A stretch of DNA of 64,000 bases from a bacterium. Lineage in GTDB: Bacteria; SM23-31. The DNA is taken from assembly GCA_965249485.1 (NCBI GenBank), contig OZ252239.1, positions 928,001 through 992,000 on the forward strand. The letters run 5' to 3'. Positions 62,927 to 64,000 of this stretch are shown here, piece after piece (position 1 is the stretch's first letter; every line of letters begins with the position of its first letter). The notes beneath the pieces are model-generated. The model saw only the letters and a list, made by a program, of their open reading frames with translations. It made no database searches and was not told the origin of the DNA. The position numbers and the translations under genes were made by a program.

Positions 62927-63028
62927 ATATGTTGTCAATACAAGCCGGATACTCTGAGTCAAAATGTAAGAGTTACACGTTATACTTACAAGTGTTTTCA
63001 GTTCTCCGGACTGTACGATATGCGAACC
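62927..63028 (-). promoter_or_regulatory. Dispersed promoter element, copy I
   Basis: TTGTAA (62986-62991)-N17-TACATT; boxes at 62927 and 63013 (gtac-gatatgc-gaac); begins a few bp after the upstream stop codon. Confidence 0.75.
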
Positions 63029-63034
63029 GTATTG

Positions 63035-64000
63035 TCAATGGATCAGTATAATTCTTTCCTCAGGCGGATGAAGCCATTCGACGCCGCGGCTCGTTACAAT
63101 TTGAGGATTTGAAAGATTAATTGTGACAGGAAAACCGGACCGTTCGGGAATGTTCATCGTAACAAAAAAATCACCGGCAAAAATAAAGTTCTCCTGAATT
63201 GTTAACTGGTCCCGGTCTGACCGAAATGGTGCAATCGAAGGACCCACCGTCACCAGGCTTCCGGCAGAATTGAACATACTGTGAAGGTCAATGGAAAATC
63301 CCGGTTTATCGGTATTGGCTAATGCTTTCTGTACTGATTCATAGTCTACCGTGCCGATATCGGTAAGGTAGGGAGTATATATATACCCTGCATCTTCAAG
63401 AGCCGAGATGATAACCTTCAACGTTTCCCCGGCAGTCCTGCCAATTTTTACATTTTCCCGATAAATCTCGCGGGCTTCCAATGTACGGTCAAAGGCACGC
63501 TGCAGACTTGCGGGAACACCGGTTTCCCTTTCTCTCATAACATACGCATGCAATTTTGTTTCTGTCATGATGTTCATATATATATGTTCAAGATTACCGC
63601 CTAATGCTATAAAATCACCCCGCTGAATGACATAGTCCGTGTTGCTGATCCAGGCCCGAACTGAAGGCGGCGCAACAGGTTCGGATTGTGCTGAATAGTA
63701 GACGACAGGCTGTCCCGGACCGGTACTATAACCGATTAGACCCGCTTTATAACTCTGCTCATTAGCCCATTGGTCTACATCCCCCAGCGTGGTGACACCC
63801 GGTGTGATAACCTCACGGGACAAAGCACGTTCGACAATCCGATGGTGTGTTTCTATGGCTTTTGTGTACGCGACAACCTCACTTTGAACCCTCCTCACCC
63901 TGAAATCTGTAATGACATTTTCTGCGGACACAATTCTCTGGGCATATTTCGGCCCTAATATTTTTTCCAGTCTCAGATACTGGGTATGAGAAATCCCGTC
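63035..64000 (-). CDS. M24-family protein, N-terminus beyond window edge, degenerate metal site
   Basis: Homologous to 25203..26579 ('ERALS.EVI.PGVTTLGD', 'VIQRGD', 'GVEWL.PP.ERI'); the frame is open to the window end. Confidence 0.78.
   Translation of the reverse strand, partial: DGISHTQYLRLEKILGPKYAQRIVSAENVITDFRVRRVQSEVVAYTKAIETHHRIVERALSREVITPGVTTLGDVDQWANEQSYKAGLIGYSTGPGQPVVYYSAQSEPVAPPSVRAWISNTDYVIQRGDFIALGGNLEHIYMNIMTETKLHAYVMRERETGVPASLQRAFDRTLEAREIYRENVKIGRTAGETLKVIISALEDAGYIYTPYLTDIGTVDYESVQKALANTDKPGFSIDLHSMFNSAGSLVTVGPSIAPFRSDRDQLTIQENFIFAGDFFVTMNIPERSGFPVTINLSNPQIVTSRGVEWLHPPEERIILIH

Noticed and set aside
17922..63028. Dispersed element interpreted as integron attC sites
   Set aside because: No RYYYAAC...GTTRRRY arrangement, no long imperfect palindrome, and no integrase in the window; the boxes are direct repeats.
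17922..63028. Dispersed element interpreted as a CRISPR array
   Set aside because: Copies are kilobases apart and degenerate, with no regular spacers or cas genes.
1..64000. Apparent scarcity of CTAG as evidence for the MjaI-family target
   Set aside because: Not counted rigorously, and CTAG is depleted in many bacteria regardless of R-M content.

Overview
A 64 kb bacterial region with moderate AT content. Signal-peptide-rich hydrolases, a TonB-dependent receptor and BNR/VPS10 proteins suggest a diderm FCB-like organism, but that taxonomy is inference only. The region is dominated by a minus-strand run of secreted peptide-processing genes: seven M28-family paralogues, four M24-family paralogues, an S9 peptidase, a gamma-glutamyltransferase, two BNR/VPS10 proteins, two EExxH lipoproteins and several solute transporters. 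It also holds an AT-rich MjaI-family restriction-modification pair and several decayed genes. Three observations stand out. (1) A dispersed intergenic element of about 110 bp occurs in nine near-complete and several partial copies. It is built as a GWAC-N7-GAAC box, a sigma70-like promoter with a 17 bp spacer, and a second GWAC-N7-GAAC box, with the boxes 84-86 bp apart. (2) All seven M28 paralogues replace the canonical catalytic Glu with His and change HxD to HxQ while keeping the metal ligands. (3) A TPP-riboswitch-like aptamer with altered core nucleotides and a terminator lies upstream of an uncharacterised membrane protein. No rRNA, tRNA, CRISPR array, transposase or integrase was seen.
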